This document shows, piece after piece, positions 38,450-48,806 of a stretch of 64,000 nucleotides of DNA. The notes under the pieces are model-generated. The model worked only from the letters and a program-made list of their open reading frames with translations. It made no database searches and was not told the origin of the DNA. Within the stretch, counting starts at the first letter, position 1. Each line of letters starts with the position of its first letter. The DNA comes from an uncultured Acidobacteriota bacterium. GTDB taxonomy: Bacteria > Acidobacteriota > Vicinamibacteria > Vicinamibacterales > 2-12-FULL-66-21. The stretch is from assembly GCA_963740275.1 (NCBI GenBank), contig CAVUDT010000002.1, positions 227,418 through 291,417 on the forward strand. The letters are read 5' to 3'. The position numbers and the translations under genes are program-made.

Positions 38450-39916
38450 TCAGGCCGGGCGCCGCGCGAACATCAGGTAGACACCGCCGGCGACCGCGAA
38501 CCCGATGAACCACGCGTAGTCGAACAGCGGCCGCAACGGTTCGTAGACGAGCCCGATCCACGCCACCGCGCAGCCGGCAAGCGTGGCGAGGATCCCGGCC
38601 GGGTTCCACGCCCCATACCGCCCCTCGCTGAGATAGAGATCCTCGAGCGCCAGCTGACGCCGACGGACGATCCAGTAGTCGGCGATCAGCACCCCGGCGA
38701 TGGATCCAAGGCCGCCGGAATAGCCGACCAGCCAGCTGAAGATGTAGCCGGACGGATCCGCCAGCAGCTTCCACGGCATGATGACGATGCCGAGGATGCC
38801 GGTGATGAGTCCACCGGTCTTGAAGTTGATGGCCTTGGGAAACGCATTGGCGAAATCGTTCGCGGGTGAGACGACGTTGGCGGCAATGTTGACCGCCAGC
38901 GTGGCGACCACGGCGGTGAACATCGAGATGGCGATGACCAGCGGTGAGCTGAAACGGCCGACCAGCTTGATTGGATCCCAGATCACCTCGCCATAGATGA
39001 TCGTCGTCGCGCTGGTGATGAGCACGCCCATCGCCGCGAAGAGAAACATCGTCGTCGGCAGCGCGACCGTCTGGCCGATGACCTGCTCGCGCTGGCTGCG
39101 GCCGAAGCGGGTGAAGTCGGGCATGTTCAGCGACAGCGTCGCCCAGTAGCCGACCATCGCCGTCAGCGACGGGATGAAGATCGGCATGAATTCGCCGAGC
39201 GTCTGGAACTTGCCGGGTTGTGAAAGGAGAGGGCCGAGGCCGTCGGCCTCGGACACCGCCCAGGCGAGCAATACGCCGGTCATGATCAGGACGAACGGCG
39301 CGGCCCAGTTCTCCACCGCCCGCAGCAGGTCCATGCCCTTGTAGATGATCCCGATGTTCAGGCCCCAGAACAGCAGGAAGGAGATCCATTCGGTGGTCGT
39401 GTGGCCGTCGAAGCCGGCGCCGAGCAGCGTCGGCCAGCCCGGGATCACGCTGGTGAAGAACGTCTGCAGCGCCTCGCCGCCGATCCAGCCCTGGATGCCG
39501 AACCAGCCGCAGGCCACCAGCGCGCGCATCAGCGCCGGGAGGTTCGAGCCGAGGGTGCCGTACGCAGCTCGCGCGTAGACGGGGAATGGGATGCCGTACT
39601 TCGTGCCGGGGTGAGAGTTGAGCAGGATCGGGATGAGCACGATCGTGTTGCCCAGTCCCACCGTGAACAGGGCCTGTCCCCAGCTCATGCCGGCGGCCAT
39701 CAGTCCGGCCGACAGCATGTAGGTGGGGATGCAGTGCGCCATGCTGATCCAGAGCGCGGCGTAGTTATAGGTCGTCCAGGTGCGGCGCACGATCGGCACC
39801 GGCGCGAGATCCTCGTTGTAGAGCGCGCTCTGTTCGACCCGGGACGTGTCGGTCAACTCGACGCGCCCGTCAGGGTGCTCGACCTGGCTCCTTGCCACTG
39901 GGATCATCGCGCGCAT
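38450..39916 (-). CDS. NCS1-family nucleobase/hydantoin:cation symporter
   Basis: 12 TM. Motifs WISMAHCIPTY, FGxQGWIGG-like (CGWFGIQGWIGGEAL). The longer ORF to 40120 is an overextension. Confidence 0.85.
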   Translation of the reverse strand: MRAMIPVARSQVEHPDGRVELTDTSRVEQSALYNEDLAPVPIVRRTWTTYNYAALWISMAHCIPTYMLSAGLMAAGMSWGQALFTVGLGNTIVLIPILLNSHPGTKYGIPFPVYARAAYGTLGSNLPALMRALVACGWFGIQGWIGGEALQTFFTSVIPGWPTLLGAGFDGHTTTEWISFLLFWGLNIGIIYKGMDLLRAVENWAAPFVLIMTGVLLAWAVSEADGLGPLLSQPGKFQTLGEFMPIFIPSLTAMVGYWATLSLNMPDFTRFGRSQREQVIGQTVALPTTMFLFAAMGVLITSATTIIYGEVIWDPIKLVGRFSSPLVIAISMFTAVVATLAVNIAANVVSPANDFANAFPKAINFKTGGLITGILGIVIMPWKLLADPSGYIFSWLVGYSGGLGSIAGVLIADYWIVRRRQLALEDLYLSEGRYGAWNPAGILATLAGCAVAWIGLVYEPLRPLFDYAWFIGFAVAGGVYLMFARRPA

Positions 39917-39935
39917 TGTATAGGCAGCGCGCGGA

Positions 39936-40576
39936 TCAAGAGCGCTGAACGACTCCGGCGCCACCCCGTGAAGGGATCCGGTACGCCTTTTTGATCTCGA
40001 TCGCTGGAGCGAGGCTCTGGCCCTGGACGGGCTGCCGCTGAATGACGCGCACGACATCCAGGCCGGCGACCACCCGGCCGAACGCCGCCGTGCCCTGGCC
40101 ATCGTCGAATCGCTTGCCACCGTGGTTCAGCGAGGGCTGATCGTTCAGGTGAATCGACGAACCCGGACCGCGCCGAGTCGGCCTGGTCGCCGCGCGGCAT
40201 CGAGACCGTGCCGACGACGTGGGTGAGTCCGGTGACGCTGGTGCGCTCGAGCGGGATTGCCGGAAATCGCTCGGCGCCGCGCGCCGGGTTGATGTCTGCC
40301 TGGATGATCTCCAGGAGAGGACGGTTGGGCAGGTTGGGCGTGTAGTTGTCGGCCCGGGTCGCGCGATGAACGCGGCCGCCGTCGTAGAACCCTCCGTCGA
40401 CGTACTTGAGGAAGTTGCCGGCGGTGATCGGCGCCCGAGCCGATGTCGATGGCGAGATCGACGTTGCCGAACGCGGTTTCGATCCGGACGAGGACCTCGC
40501 CTCGCGCCGGATCGGATTGCTGGGCCGCCGGGGCCGCCAGCAGGACGGCGGCGAGGAGCATGACTCGTGTCCGCAT
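39936..40576 (-). pseudogene. secreted cyclophilin-type peptidyl-prolyl isomerase, frame shifted twice (~40425 and ~40185)
   Basis: Signal MRTRVMLLAAVLLAAPAAQQ. PITAGNFLKYVDGGFYDGGRVHR. ...GTVSM... then ...HLNDQPSLNHGGKRFDDGQGTAAFGRVVAGLDVV in a third frame. Confidence 0.6.
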
Positions 40577-40777
40577 CGGTTCCTCCCTCCGGCAACCTGA
40601 CCAGCCTCCGCCAAGGCTTCGGCGGTCCGCCGTAGCTTTAGCGAAGGCGGAACGGCTGCGCTACAGGCCTTCAGTTGTGTAGATCGTAGCCTGCGCGCGC
40701 GCTTCACGAAACCTCTAACGCTGCCGCGTCGCGCCACCGGTTGACGTTCGACCCGAGCGGATGCATACTCCGGTCGT

Positions 40778-41131
40778 ATGTCTACCCGAAGAGGCGAACG
40801 TGACCCCGTGACTCTCTTGCAGGGCACGCTGGACCTGCTGATCCTTCGAACCCTGATCTTTGGTCGCCAGCACGGGCAGGGGATTGCGCGCGCGATCGAA
40901 CAGCAGGCGGAAGACACACTGCTCGTGGATCACGGCTCGCTCTATCCGGCGCTGCAACGGCTCGAAACCCGCGGATGGATCTCGGCCGAGTGGGGTGCCT
41001 CCGACAACAACCGCAAGGCGCGCTTCTACACGCTGACCCGGACCGGGCGCAAGCAGCTCGTCGCCGAGACCCGGCAGTGGCGGCGCCTGGCCGCCGCGAT
41101 CGGCCGGATCATCGGGCCGGAGGAGGCATAG
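40778..41131 (+). CDS. PadR-family transcriptional regulator (intact)
   Basis: [23 protein letters not shown]...[42 protein letters not shown]. Confidence 0.85.
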   Translation: MSTRRGERDPVTLLQGTLDLLILRTLIFGRQHGQGIARAIEQQAEDTLLVDHGSLYPALQRLETRGWISAEWGASDNNRKARFYTLTRTGRKQLVAETRQWRRLAAAIGRIIGPEEA

Positions 41132-41135
41132 CGCG

Positions 41136-43830
41136 ATGTTCTGGCGGAAACGGCGCACCGAGGAGGATTTCGCCGACGAGATCCGCGCGCACCTCGAGCA
41201 CGAGGTCGAGCGGCTGGTCGACGCGGGGATGACGCGCGACGATGCGCACATGGCCGCGCATCGCCGGTTCGGCAGTCTCACCCGCACGCGCGAACAATTC
41301 CACGACGCGCGGACGCACCATCTGGCTGGAGCAGTTCGCGCAGGATCTCCGCTACGCCTGGCGCGGACTGTGGCAGAGCCCGACGTTTGTCGCCACCACC
41401 GTGCTGACGCTCGCGGTCGGCATGAGCCTCGTAACGGTGGTGTTCGCCATCTTCAATGCGTACGTGCTCCGCCCCTTCGCCGTCCGCGATCCGTACGATC
41501 TGTATGCGATCGGCTGGCGATCGCAGGAGGCCGGCGGATCCACGTTCCGCTGGCGTGATTACGAAGAGATCCGGACCCGGGACGATCTGTTCGACGGGAT
41601 GGTCGGCGAGGCGACGGCGCGGCAGGATCTCGGCGGAGGGGCAGCAGCTCCTCGTCGGGTTCGTAACCGGCGATTACTTCGAGACGCTTGGCCCCCGCGT
41701 CCTCCTGGGCCGCGCCCTGACGGCTGACGATGCGCGGACTCCAGGTGGCGAGCCCGTCGCGGTGCTCACCGATCAGGCCTGGGCGCGCCTGTTCGACCGT
41801 GATCCGTCGGTCCTCGGCCGCGAGCTCGAGGTGAGCGGCCGGAAGCTGGTAGTCGTGGGGGTGATGGCCGGGTTCGGCGGGCTCGATGATCTGCCGCGGG
41901 ACCTCTGGGTTCCGGTCACCATGTTTGATGCGCTGGCCGGCGGGGACCTGTTCGGATCAAAACAACCGCGCCAGCTGCGGCTGACCGCCCGGTTGCGCGC
42001 CGGCGTGACACCGCAGCAAGTGCAGGGTTCTCTCGCCCTCTCGCCGTTCGAGACGCGCGTGGCCGGACGGATCGGACCCAGTGCGGGCGCATCTCGAATT
42101 GCAGGCCACGCCGAATCAGCTGACGCTTGAGGGAATGGCCCTGCTGTCCCCGGTGGTCGCAGCGTTCGGGCTGGTGCTGGTCGCCGCCTGCGCGAACGCG
42201 TCGAACGTGATGATGGCCCGGGCGAACGCGCGACATCGAGAGATCGGCGTCCGGCTGTCGATCGGAGCCAGCCGCGGCCGCATCGTGCGGCAGCTGACGA
42301 CCGAGGGTCTGCTGCTCGCGCTGCTGGCCGGGGTCACCGGTCTCGCGCTCGCGGGCGCGTTGCTCCGAATCGGCATGGTCCTGTTCGTCGCGATGTTGCC
42401 GCCGGCTCTCGCGCTCCGCGTGAGGTTTGTGCCACTCGATTTCGACCACCGGGTGTTTCTCTTCGCGCTCCTGGTCGCCGGTGCCACCACCACCGTGTTT
42501 GCGCTGCTGCCGGCACTGCAGTCCACGCGGTTGACCTTGACCGAGGCGCTTCGAGGACAGGTCAGCGCCACCATCCGAAGCTCCAGCCTCAGGAGCCTGC
42601 TGGTGACCAGCCAGGTTGCAGTCTCGCTGCTGCTTCTGGTGGTCTCCGCGACGCTGGTGCGGAACGGCGCCGCGATTCGGGCGACCGATCTCGGCATGAA
42701 AACCTCAGGCGTGATCTCGGTCAGACCGGGTGGAAATGATGCTCAGGCGCTGCTGGCTCGCGCGCACACGGCGCTGACGCAGGACCCCCTCGTCGAACAG
42801 ATCGTCGTCACCAGCCGCAACCCGCTGTTCGGAGAATCACCGAAGACGCCGGTGCTGCAGGCGTCCGGCGTGGTGCTGGCGTCCTATCGGTTCGTATCAC
42901 CCGGATACTTCGCCATGTTGGGGATGCCGATCGTTCGGGGCCGTGGGTTCGCCCCGGAGGACGCACGTCAGGAAGCGCCGGTGGCGATCGTCAGCGCTGC
43001 TGGTGCCAGACGGTTATGGCCTGACGACGATCCGATCGGCAAGACGCTGCGGATCAGTATTCCCCCGGCCGGCCAGCGACGGGTCGCGGATACCGTCCAC
43101 GAAATTCGCAAGGTGGGGGACGTCTGGGCGGGCGCGTTGGTCGTGACCGTCATCGGCGTCACGACGGACGTCGTGAGCGGCTTCGTGTACGAGGGCACCG
43201 ATCCGGCGCACCTCTATCTGCCGACCAGCCCGACCGGCTCTCGAGCCGGCGAGCTCATGGTTCGTCTTCGCTCGGATACACGCGGGCCTGCGGCCGGACA
43301 GCTCGATGGAATCCAGTCCGGCATTCCTCTCGACGAGCTCAAGACGGTCCTCACCCGGGCGCATCCCGACCCGCTGGCGTTCGACATCCTCTCGCTGGAT
43401 GAGATCGTCGCCCTCCAGATGTTTCCGCTGCGCGCGGCATCGTGGATCGGATCGCTGTTGAGCGCAGTCGCGGTGGCGCTGAGCGTCTCAGGCCTCTACG
43501 GCGTCCTGACCTACGTGTTCGGGCAGCGCAGACAGGAGATCGGCATCCGGATGGCGCTCGGTGCGAGCGGCTCTGCGGTCATCGGGCTCGTGGTCCGCCA
43601 GTCTGCTCGACTGGCCGGACTCGGCGCCGCCATCGGCGTGGCTCTCGCGTTCACCGTAATGAAGGTCCTGAGCAGCCATCGTTCGGCTGGACAACGTCTC
43701 GGTGATCGACCCCGGCGCCTTTGCCGTCAGCATCGCGCTGATCGCCGCTGCCGTGGCCGTCGCCTCCTATGCCCCGGCGCGCCGCGCGGCCCGAATCGAT
43801 CCGTTGTCGATGCTCCGAACGGACCAGTGA
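41136..43830 (+). pseudogene. ADOP-family duplicated FtsX/MacB-type permease with at least four frame shifts (~41318, ~41640, ~42085, ~43680)
   Basis: N-terminus MFWRKRRTEEDFADEIRAHLEHEVERLVDAGMTRDDAHMAAHRRFGSL. ...LEQFAQDLRYAWRGLWQSPTFVATTV... FtsX halves continue in four successive frames. The true C-terminus ...YAPARRAARIDPLSMLRTDQ is in yet another frame. Confidence 0.65.
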
Positions 43831-44090
43831 GATCGGTGCCCCGCGTGGCCATCGGCGATGTCATGCTGCCGCGTTGACTGAGCGCAAGTGCTTTTCCTAC
43901 ACCTGCCGTCACCGCTATGGCCTCAGGTTTTGCACCCACGGCGATGTCAGTCTCGTCCTTCATGAGTCAGACGGTTGCACTGCGGCTGGTCTCAGATTCT
44001 GCGAAGCCGGCGAGCGCATGTTCACATCGTCGCGCATTGTATAATCCGATTCCCCCCTCGACCCCGGCAGCTCCCGTTTCTGGAGGCGTC

Positions 44091-46949
44091 ATGCGCATTC
44101 GGCAGCAGCTTCTGTTCGCATTCACCGCCGTGGCGCTCGCCTGCAGTGCCGGCGTGGTCGGCGCCCGGCAGCAGGCCGTGCCGGCGGCGCCCGTCACCTC
44201 GACTGCCGCAACCGCGGCGCTCGACCAGCCGGTGCCGCTCGACCCGGCGATCACCGCCGGCCGGTTCGAGAACGGTCTTCGTTACTTCATTCGCAAGACC
44301 CGGCGTCCGGAACAGCGTGCCGAACTGAGGCTGGTCGTCGATGTCGGCTCGATCGTCGAAGAAGACGACCAGCGCGGGCTGGCGCACTTCGTCGAGCACA
44401 TGGCCTTCAACGGCACGAAGAACTTTCCCAAGCAGGAGACGGTGACCTTTCTCGAATCGCTGGGCATGCGGTTCGGCCCGAGCATCAATGCGTCCACCAG
44501 CTTCGACGAGACCGTCTACATGCTGCAGGTGCCGACGGAAAAGCCCGAGGTCCTGGACCGGGCCTTCCTGATCCTGGAGGACTGGGCGCACGGGGTGACG
44601 TTCGACCCGGCCGAGATCGACAAGGAGCGCGGCGTGATCCGGGAAGAGTGGCGCATCCGGCGCGGCGCCGGCGCCCGCATGCAGGACAAGCAGCTGCCGG
44701 TCATGCTGAAGGGCTCCCGCTACGCCGACCGCATCCCCATCGGCACGATGGCGGTGATCGACAACTTCAAGCACGAGCGGCTGACCCAGTTCTACCGGGA
44801 CTGGTACCGGCCGGATCTCATGACCGTCGTGGCGGTCGGGGACTTCGATCCACCCGCGGTCGAGAAGATGATCAAGGCCCACTTCGAGCCGATCCCGGCG
44901 GCAAAGACGCCCAGACCGCGTCCGAGCTATCCGGTGGCCGATCATCCGGGCACGCTCTACGCTATCGCCACCGACGCCGAGGCGCAGTCCGCCACGATCA
45001 ACGTCCAGAGCAAGATGCCGCTGCGCGATCCGCGCTCGGTCGGCGCCCAGCGCGGAGACATCGTCGAACGTCTCTTCAGCAGCATGCTCGGCGCTCGCTT
45101 CGCCGAGCTGGCGCAGAGGCCGGATGCGCCGTTTATCGCCGCCGGCGCCGGGCGCGGCCTTTTCGTCCGGACGAAGTCGTTGTCTACCCTGAGCGCGGTC
45201 GCCAAGGGGAACGCCATCGACAAGACGCTGGAGGTGCTGTTCACGGAAACAGAACGGGTGGCGCGGTTCGGGTTCACGCCGGGTGAGCTGGAACGCACGA
45301 AGTCGAACCTGCTGAACAGCTTCGAACGAGCGGTGAACGAGAGGGAAAATACCCTGGCTGCGTCGCTGGCCAACGAGCTGGTGCGGCACGTCACCGCCCG
45401 CGAACCGGTGCCGGGGATCGTGTATGAGACCGCGCTGTATCGGCGCTTTCTGCCGGAGATCACCCTGACGGAGGTGAACGCGCTCGCCCGCGACTGGGCT
45501 CCCGACCGCAGCCGGGTCATCACCGTCAGCGCCCCTGAGAAACCGGGGATTGCGGTCCCCGACGAGAAGGCGTTGGCGGCGGTGATCGCGTCGATTCCCG
45601 GCCGGGAGATCACCGCCTACGTCGATACCGTCAATTCCACGCCGCTGCTCGAGACGCTTCCCCCACCGGGCGCGGTCGTCAGCACCGACACGAAACCGGC
45701 TTTCGGCATCACCGAATGGAAGCTGGCGAACGGCGTCAAGGTGGTGCTCAAGCCGACCGACTTCAGGGCCGACGAGATCCTGTTCCGCGCGATCAGCTAC
45801 GGCGGTTCCTCGCAGGCCTCCGACGCCGACTTCGTGCCGGCCAGCAGCGCCGCGATGGTCATGGGCGCCGGCGGCATCGGCCAGTTCAGCCTGGTCGACG
45901 TCCGCAAGAAGCTGACGGGCAAGTCGGCCGGGGTCACGGCGTTCATCACCGACTACGAGGAGGGGCTGACCGGTAATTCGTCGAGGAAGGACCTGGAAAC
46001 GATGTTCCAGCTGCTTCACCTGCGCTTCACCCAGCCGCGCGCGGACCCCAATGCGTTCCGGATCATGCAGGTGCAGATGAAATCCCAGCTGCCGCTGCAG
46101 CGCGGCAACCCGGCATTTCTCTTCGCCGAGGCCCTGACCGCGGCCCTGCGCGGGAACCACCTGCGGTCGAGACTCGGCACCATGGAGCAGGTCGAGCAGA
46201 TGAACCTCGAGAAGTCGCTGGCGTTCTACAAGGACCGCTTTGGCGACGCCGGCGACTTCACCTTCGTGTTCGTCGGCAACTTCACCCTCGACGAGCTGAA
46301 GCCGCTGGTCGAGCGATATATCGGGTCGCTGCCGGCTACCGGCCGCAAGGAGACGTGGAAGGACACCGGCCAGCGCTACGCCCGCGGGGTGATCGAGAAG
46401 CGGGTGGAGAAGGGGCTGGAGCCGAAGAGCCAGGCGGCGATCGTCTTCACCGGTGACTTCAAGTACGTCCAGGAACAGCGGGTGGCGATCACCGCGCTCA
46501 ACGAGGTGCTCCAGGCGCGGCTCCACGAGACGCTGCGCGAGGATCTCGGCGGCACCTACGGGGTCACCTCGTCGGTGAACTACCTCCGCATTCCGGTGCC
46601 GGAGTACACGATCACCGTCAGTTTCAGCTGTGCCCCGGAACGCACCGAGGAGCTCGTCAAGGCGGTCTTCCAGCAGGTGGAGCGGTTGAAGGCCGAGGGG
46701 CCGGCGGAGACGCAGGTCACCGACGCCCGGGAAAAGCTGCTGCGCGACTACGAGACCAATCGGAAGCAGAACGGCTACTGGGTGACGCAGCTGGCAGGAC
46801 GATACCAGTCAGGGGAGCCGGTCGATTCGCTGTTCGGGATGTTGGAGCACTACCGGCAGATCACGCCGGCGATGATCCGCGATGCCGCCAGGCTGTACCT
46901 GAACCCCGCCAACCATGTGACGGTGACGCTGTTCCCGGGGATCAAATGA
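44091..46949 (+). CDS. secreted two-domain M16-family zinc metallopeptidase (insulinase/pitrilysin-like)
   Basis: Signal MRIRQQLLFAFTAVALACSAGVVGA. HxxEH box GLAHFVEHMAFNG. Second inactive M16 half. GGAGG SD before ATG 44091. Confidence 0.85.
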   Translation: MRIRQQLLFAFTAVALACSAGVVGARQQAVPAAPVTSTAATAALDQPVPLDPAITAGRFENGLRYFIRKTRRPEQRAELRLVVDVGSIVEEDDQRGLAHFVEHMAFNGTKNFPKQETVTFLESLGMRFGPSINASTSFDETVYMLQVPTEKPEVLDRAFLILEDWAHGVTFDPAEIDKERGVIREEWRIRRGAGARMQDKQLPVMLKGSRYADRIPIGTMAVIDNFKHERLTQFYRDWYRPDLMTVVAVGDFDPPAVEKMIKAHFEPIPAAKTPRPRPSYPVADHPGTLYAIATDAEAQSATINVQSKMPLRDPRSVGAQRGDIVERLFSSMLGARFAELAQRPDAPFIAAGAGRGLFVRTKSLSTLSAVAKGNAIDKTLEVLFTETERVARFGFTPGELERTKSNLLNSFERAVNERENTLAASLANELVRHVTAREPVPGIVYETALYRRFLPEITLTEVNALARDWAPDRSRVITVSAPEKPGIAVPDEKALAAVIASIPGREITAYVDTVNSTPLLETLPPPGAVVSTDTKPAFGITEWKLANGVKVVLKPTDFRADEILFRAISYGGSSQASDADFVPASSAAMVMGAGGIGQFSLVDVRKKLTGKSAGVTAFITDYEEGLTGNSSRKDLETMFQLLHLRFTQPRADPNAFRIMQVQMKSQLPLQRGNPAFLFAEALTAALRGNHLRSRLGTMEQVEQMNLEKSLAFYKDRFGDAGDFTFVFVGNFTLDELKPLVERYIGSLPATGRKETWKDTGQRYARGVIEKRVEKGLEPKSQAAIVFTGDFKYVQEQRVAITALNEVLQARLHETLREDLGGTYGVTSSVNYLRIPVPEYTITVSFSCAPERTEELVKAVFQQVERLKAEGPAETQVTDAREKLLRDYETNRKQNGYWVTQLAGRYQSGEPVDSLFGMLEHYRQITPAMIRDAARLYLNPANHVTVTLFPGIK

Positions 46950-47097
46950 TTGCGGATTGGGGATTGCGGATTGTTGACTGACGGATTGTAGATTGGGGAT
47001 TGTGGATTGATGGTCGAAGCGCTTGCAATCAACACTCGACAATCCCAATCCGCGATCCCTAATCCGTCGATCAGCAATCCGCGATCCCCAATCCGCA
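46949..47097. repeat. ~150-bp imperfect palindrome built from family-2 heptamers (GATTGCG/GATTGGG arm, centre AAGCGCTT, then CCCAATC/CCGCAATC arm) between convergent genes
   Basis: gattgcggattggggattgcggattg...gattggggattgtggattg | tcgaagcgcttgcaatc | caatcccaatccgcgatccctaatccg...caatccgcgatccccaatccgc. Confidence 0.7.
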
Positions 47098-47098
47098 C

Positions 47099-48496
47099 TC
47101 AAAGAGTTGGTGCCTGTGAGGCCCCCCGCGTCAGGAAGCGGCCGGCGCCTTTCTTGCCGACGAAGGTGTCGCCGTCGATCACCACCTGGCCGTTGCAGAT
47201 GACCATCGACGGCGATCCCTGCACGGTCCGGCCCTCGTAGGGGTTGTAGTCCACGTTCATGTGGAGGGTCTTCACCCCCAGCGTGGCGGAGCGGTTCGGA
47301 TCGAAGACCACCAGGTCGGCGTCGCTGCCGACCGCGATCGTTCCCTTGCGCGGGAACAGGCCGAACATCTTGGCCGGCGTGGTCGAACACAGCTCGACGA
47401 ACCGGTTCATCGTGATCCGCCCGGGGCGGACGCCGCCGTCGTGGACCAGCGTCAGCCGGGTCTCGATCCCGGGCGCGCCGTTCGGGATCTTGCTGAAGTC
47501 GTCTTTGCCGAGCGCCTTTTCCGCCATGCAGAACGGGCAATGGTCGGTCGAGATCACCTGCAGATCGTTCTTCGCCAGCCCCTTCCACAGCACGTCCTGG
47601 TGCCACTTCTCCCGCAGCGGTGGCGACATCACGTACTTCGAGCCTTCGAACCCCGGCTCCTCGTAGTTGTCGTACGACAGGAACAGGTACTGCGGGCAGG
47701 TCTCGGCGTAGGCCGGCAGGCCCATGTCGCGCGCCTGCCTGACCTTCTCGAGCGCATGCGCGGCCGAGAGATGGACGATGTAGATGGGGACGCCGGCCAT
47801 TTCCGCCAATGCGATCGCCCGGCCGGTGGCTTCTCCCTCGGCGGTCGGCGGACGGGTCAGGGCGTGATACTTCGGCGCCGTCTCGCCCTTGCGGAGCGCC
47901 TCCCGCACCAGCTCGTCGATCACCCCGCCGTTCTCGGCGTGCATGCAGACCAGCCCGCCGTTCTCGCCGGTGCGCCGCAACGCTCTGAAGATCGTCGCGT
48001 CGTCCACCATGAAGACGCCGGGGTAGGCCATGAACAGCTTGAAGCTGGTGATCCCTTCGTCGCGGACCATGCGGTCCATCTCGCCGAGCCCGGCGTCCTC
48101 CAGCTCGGTGATGATCATGTGGAAGCCGTAGTCGATCACCGCCTTGCCGTCGGCGCGCTGCCGCCAGTCGTCGAGCGCGTGCCTCATCGTCTGGCCGCGA
48201 TACTGGATCGCGAAGTCGACGATCGAGGTGGTGCCGCCGAACGCCGCCGCGATCGTGCCGGTCTCGAAGTCGTCGGCCGACGTGGCGCCGCCGAACGGCA
48301 TGTTCAGGTGGGTATGGACGTCGATGCCACCAGGGATCACGTACTGGCCCGTTGCGTCGATCGTCCGCTCCGCCTGGAAGCGGTGGGCCGGCAGGTCGCG
48401 GCCGATCGCCGCGATCGTGCCGTTTTCGCAGTACACGTCGGCGACATAGTCGTCCGACGCCGTGACGATGCGTCCGTTGGTGATGAGAAGCGACAC
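47099..48496 (-). CDS. dihydropyrimidinase / D-hydantoinase (cyclic amidohydrolase)
   Basis: GGIDVHTHLNMPF...; carboxylated-Lys region ITSFKLFMAY; ...VISTDHCPF... Confidence 0.85.
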   Translation of the reverse strand: MSLLITNGRIVTASDDYVADVYCENGTIAAIGRDLPAHRFQAERTIDATGQYVIPGGIDVHTHLNMPFGGATSADDFETGTIAAAFGGTTSIVDFAIQYRGQTMRHALDDWRQRADGKAVIDYGFHMIITELEDAGLGEMDRMVRDEGITSFKLFMAYPGVFMVDDATIFRALRRTGENGGLVCMHAENGGVIDELVREALRKGETAPKYHALTRPPTAEGEATGRAIALAEMAGVPIYIVHLSAAHALEKVRQARDMGLPAYAETCPQYLFLSYDNYEEPGFEGSKYVMSPPLREKWHQDVLWKGLAKNDLQVISTDHCPFCMAEKALGKDDFSKIPNGAPGIETRLTLVHDGGVRPGRITMNRFVELCSTTPAKMFGLFPRKGTIAVGSDADLVVFDPNRSATLGVKTLHMNVDYNPYEGRTVQGSPSMVICNGQVVIDGDTFVGKKGAGRFLTRGASQAPTL

Positions 48497-48497
48497 C

Positions 48498-48797
48498 TCA
48501 GGTCCTGGCGGCAGCGGGGGAGGCGTGCTCAGCCGAGGTCGGATCGAAGATGTTCTTCACTTCATCTATCCGGTTGGCGGGAAAGCCGCCTCGCGACGCA
48601 TGTTCCCGAATCATCTCTTCGTTGGGAGCGATGTAGATGCAATAGATCTTGTCGCCGGTGACGTAGCTGTGAACCCATTGGATCCGCGGACCGAGCGCGT
48701 TCAACACTTCATTCGACTTCTGAGCGACGCCGCGCAGCTGCTCGGCGGTGAACGCACCCGCTCCCGGAATCTCACGTTCGATCACGTACTTCGGCAT
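48498..48797 (-). CDS. DUF4242-family small protein
   Basis: MPKYVIEREIPGAG...IQWVHSYVTGDKIYCIYIAPNEEMIREHASRGGFPA. Confidence 0.6.
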   Translation of the reverse strand: MPKYVIEREIPGAGAFTAEQLRGVAQKSNEVLNALGPRIQWVHSYVTGDKIYCIYIAPNEEMIREHASRGGFPANRIDEVKNIFDPTSAEHASPAAART

Positions 48798-48806
48798 ACG
48801 GGCCTC

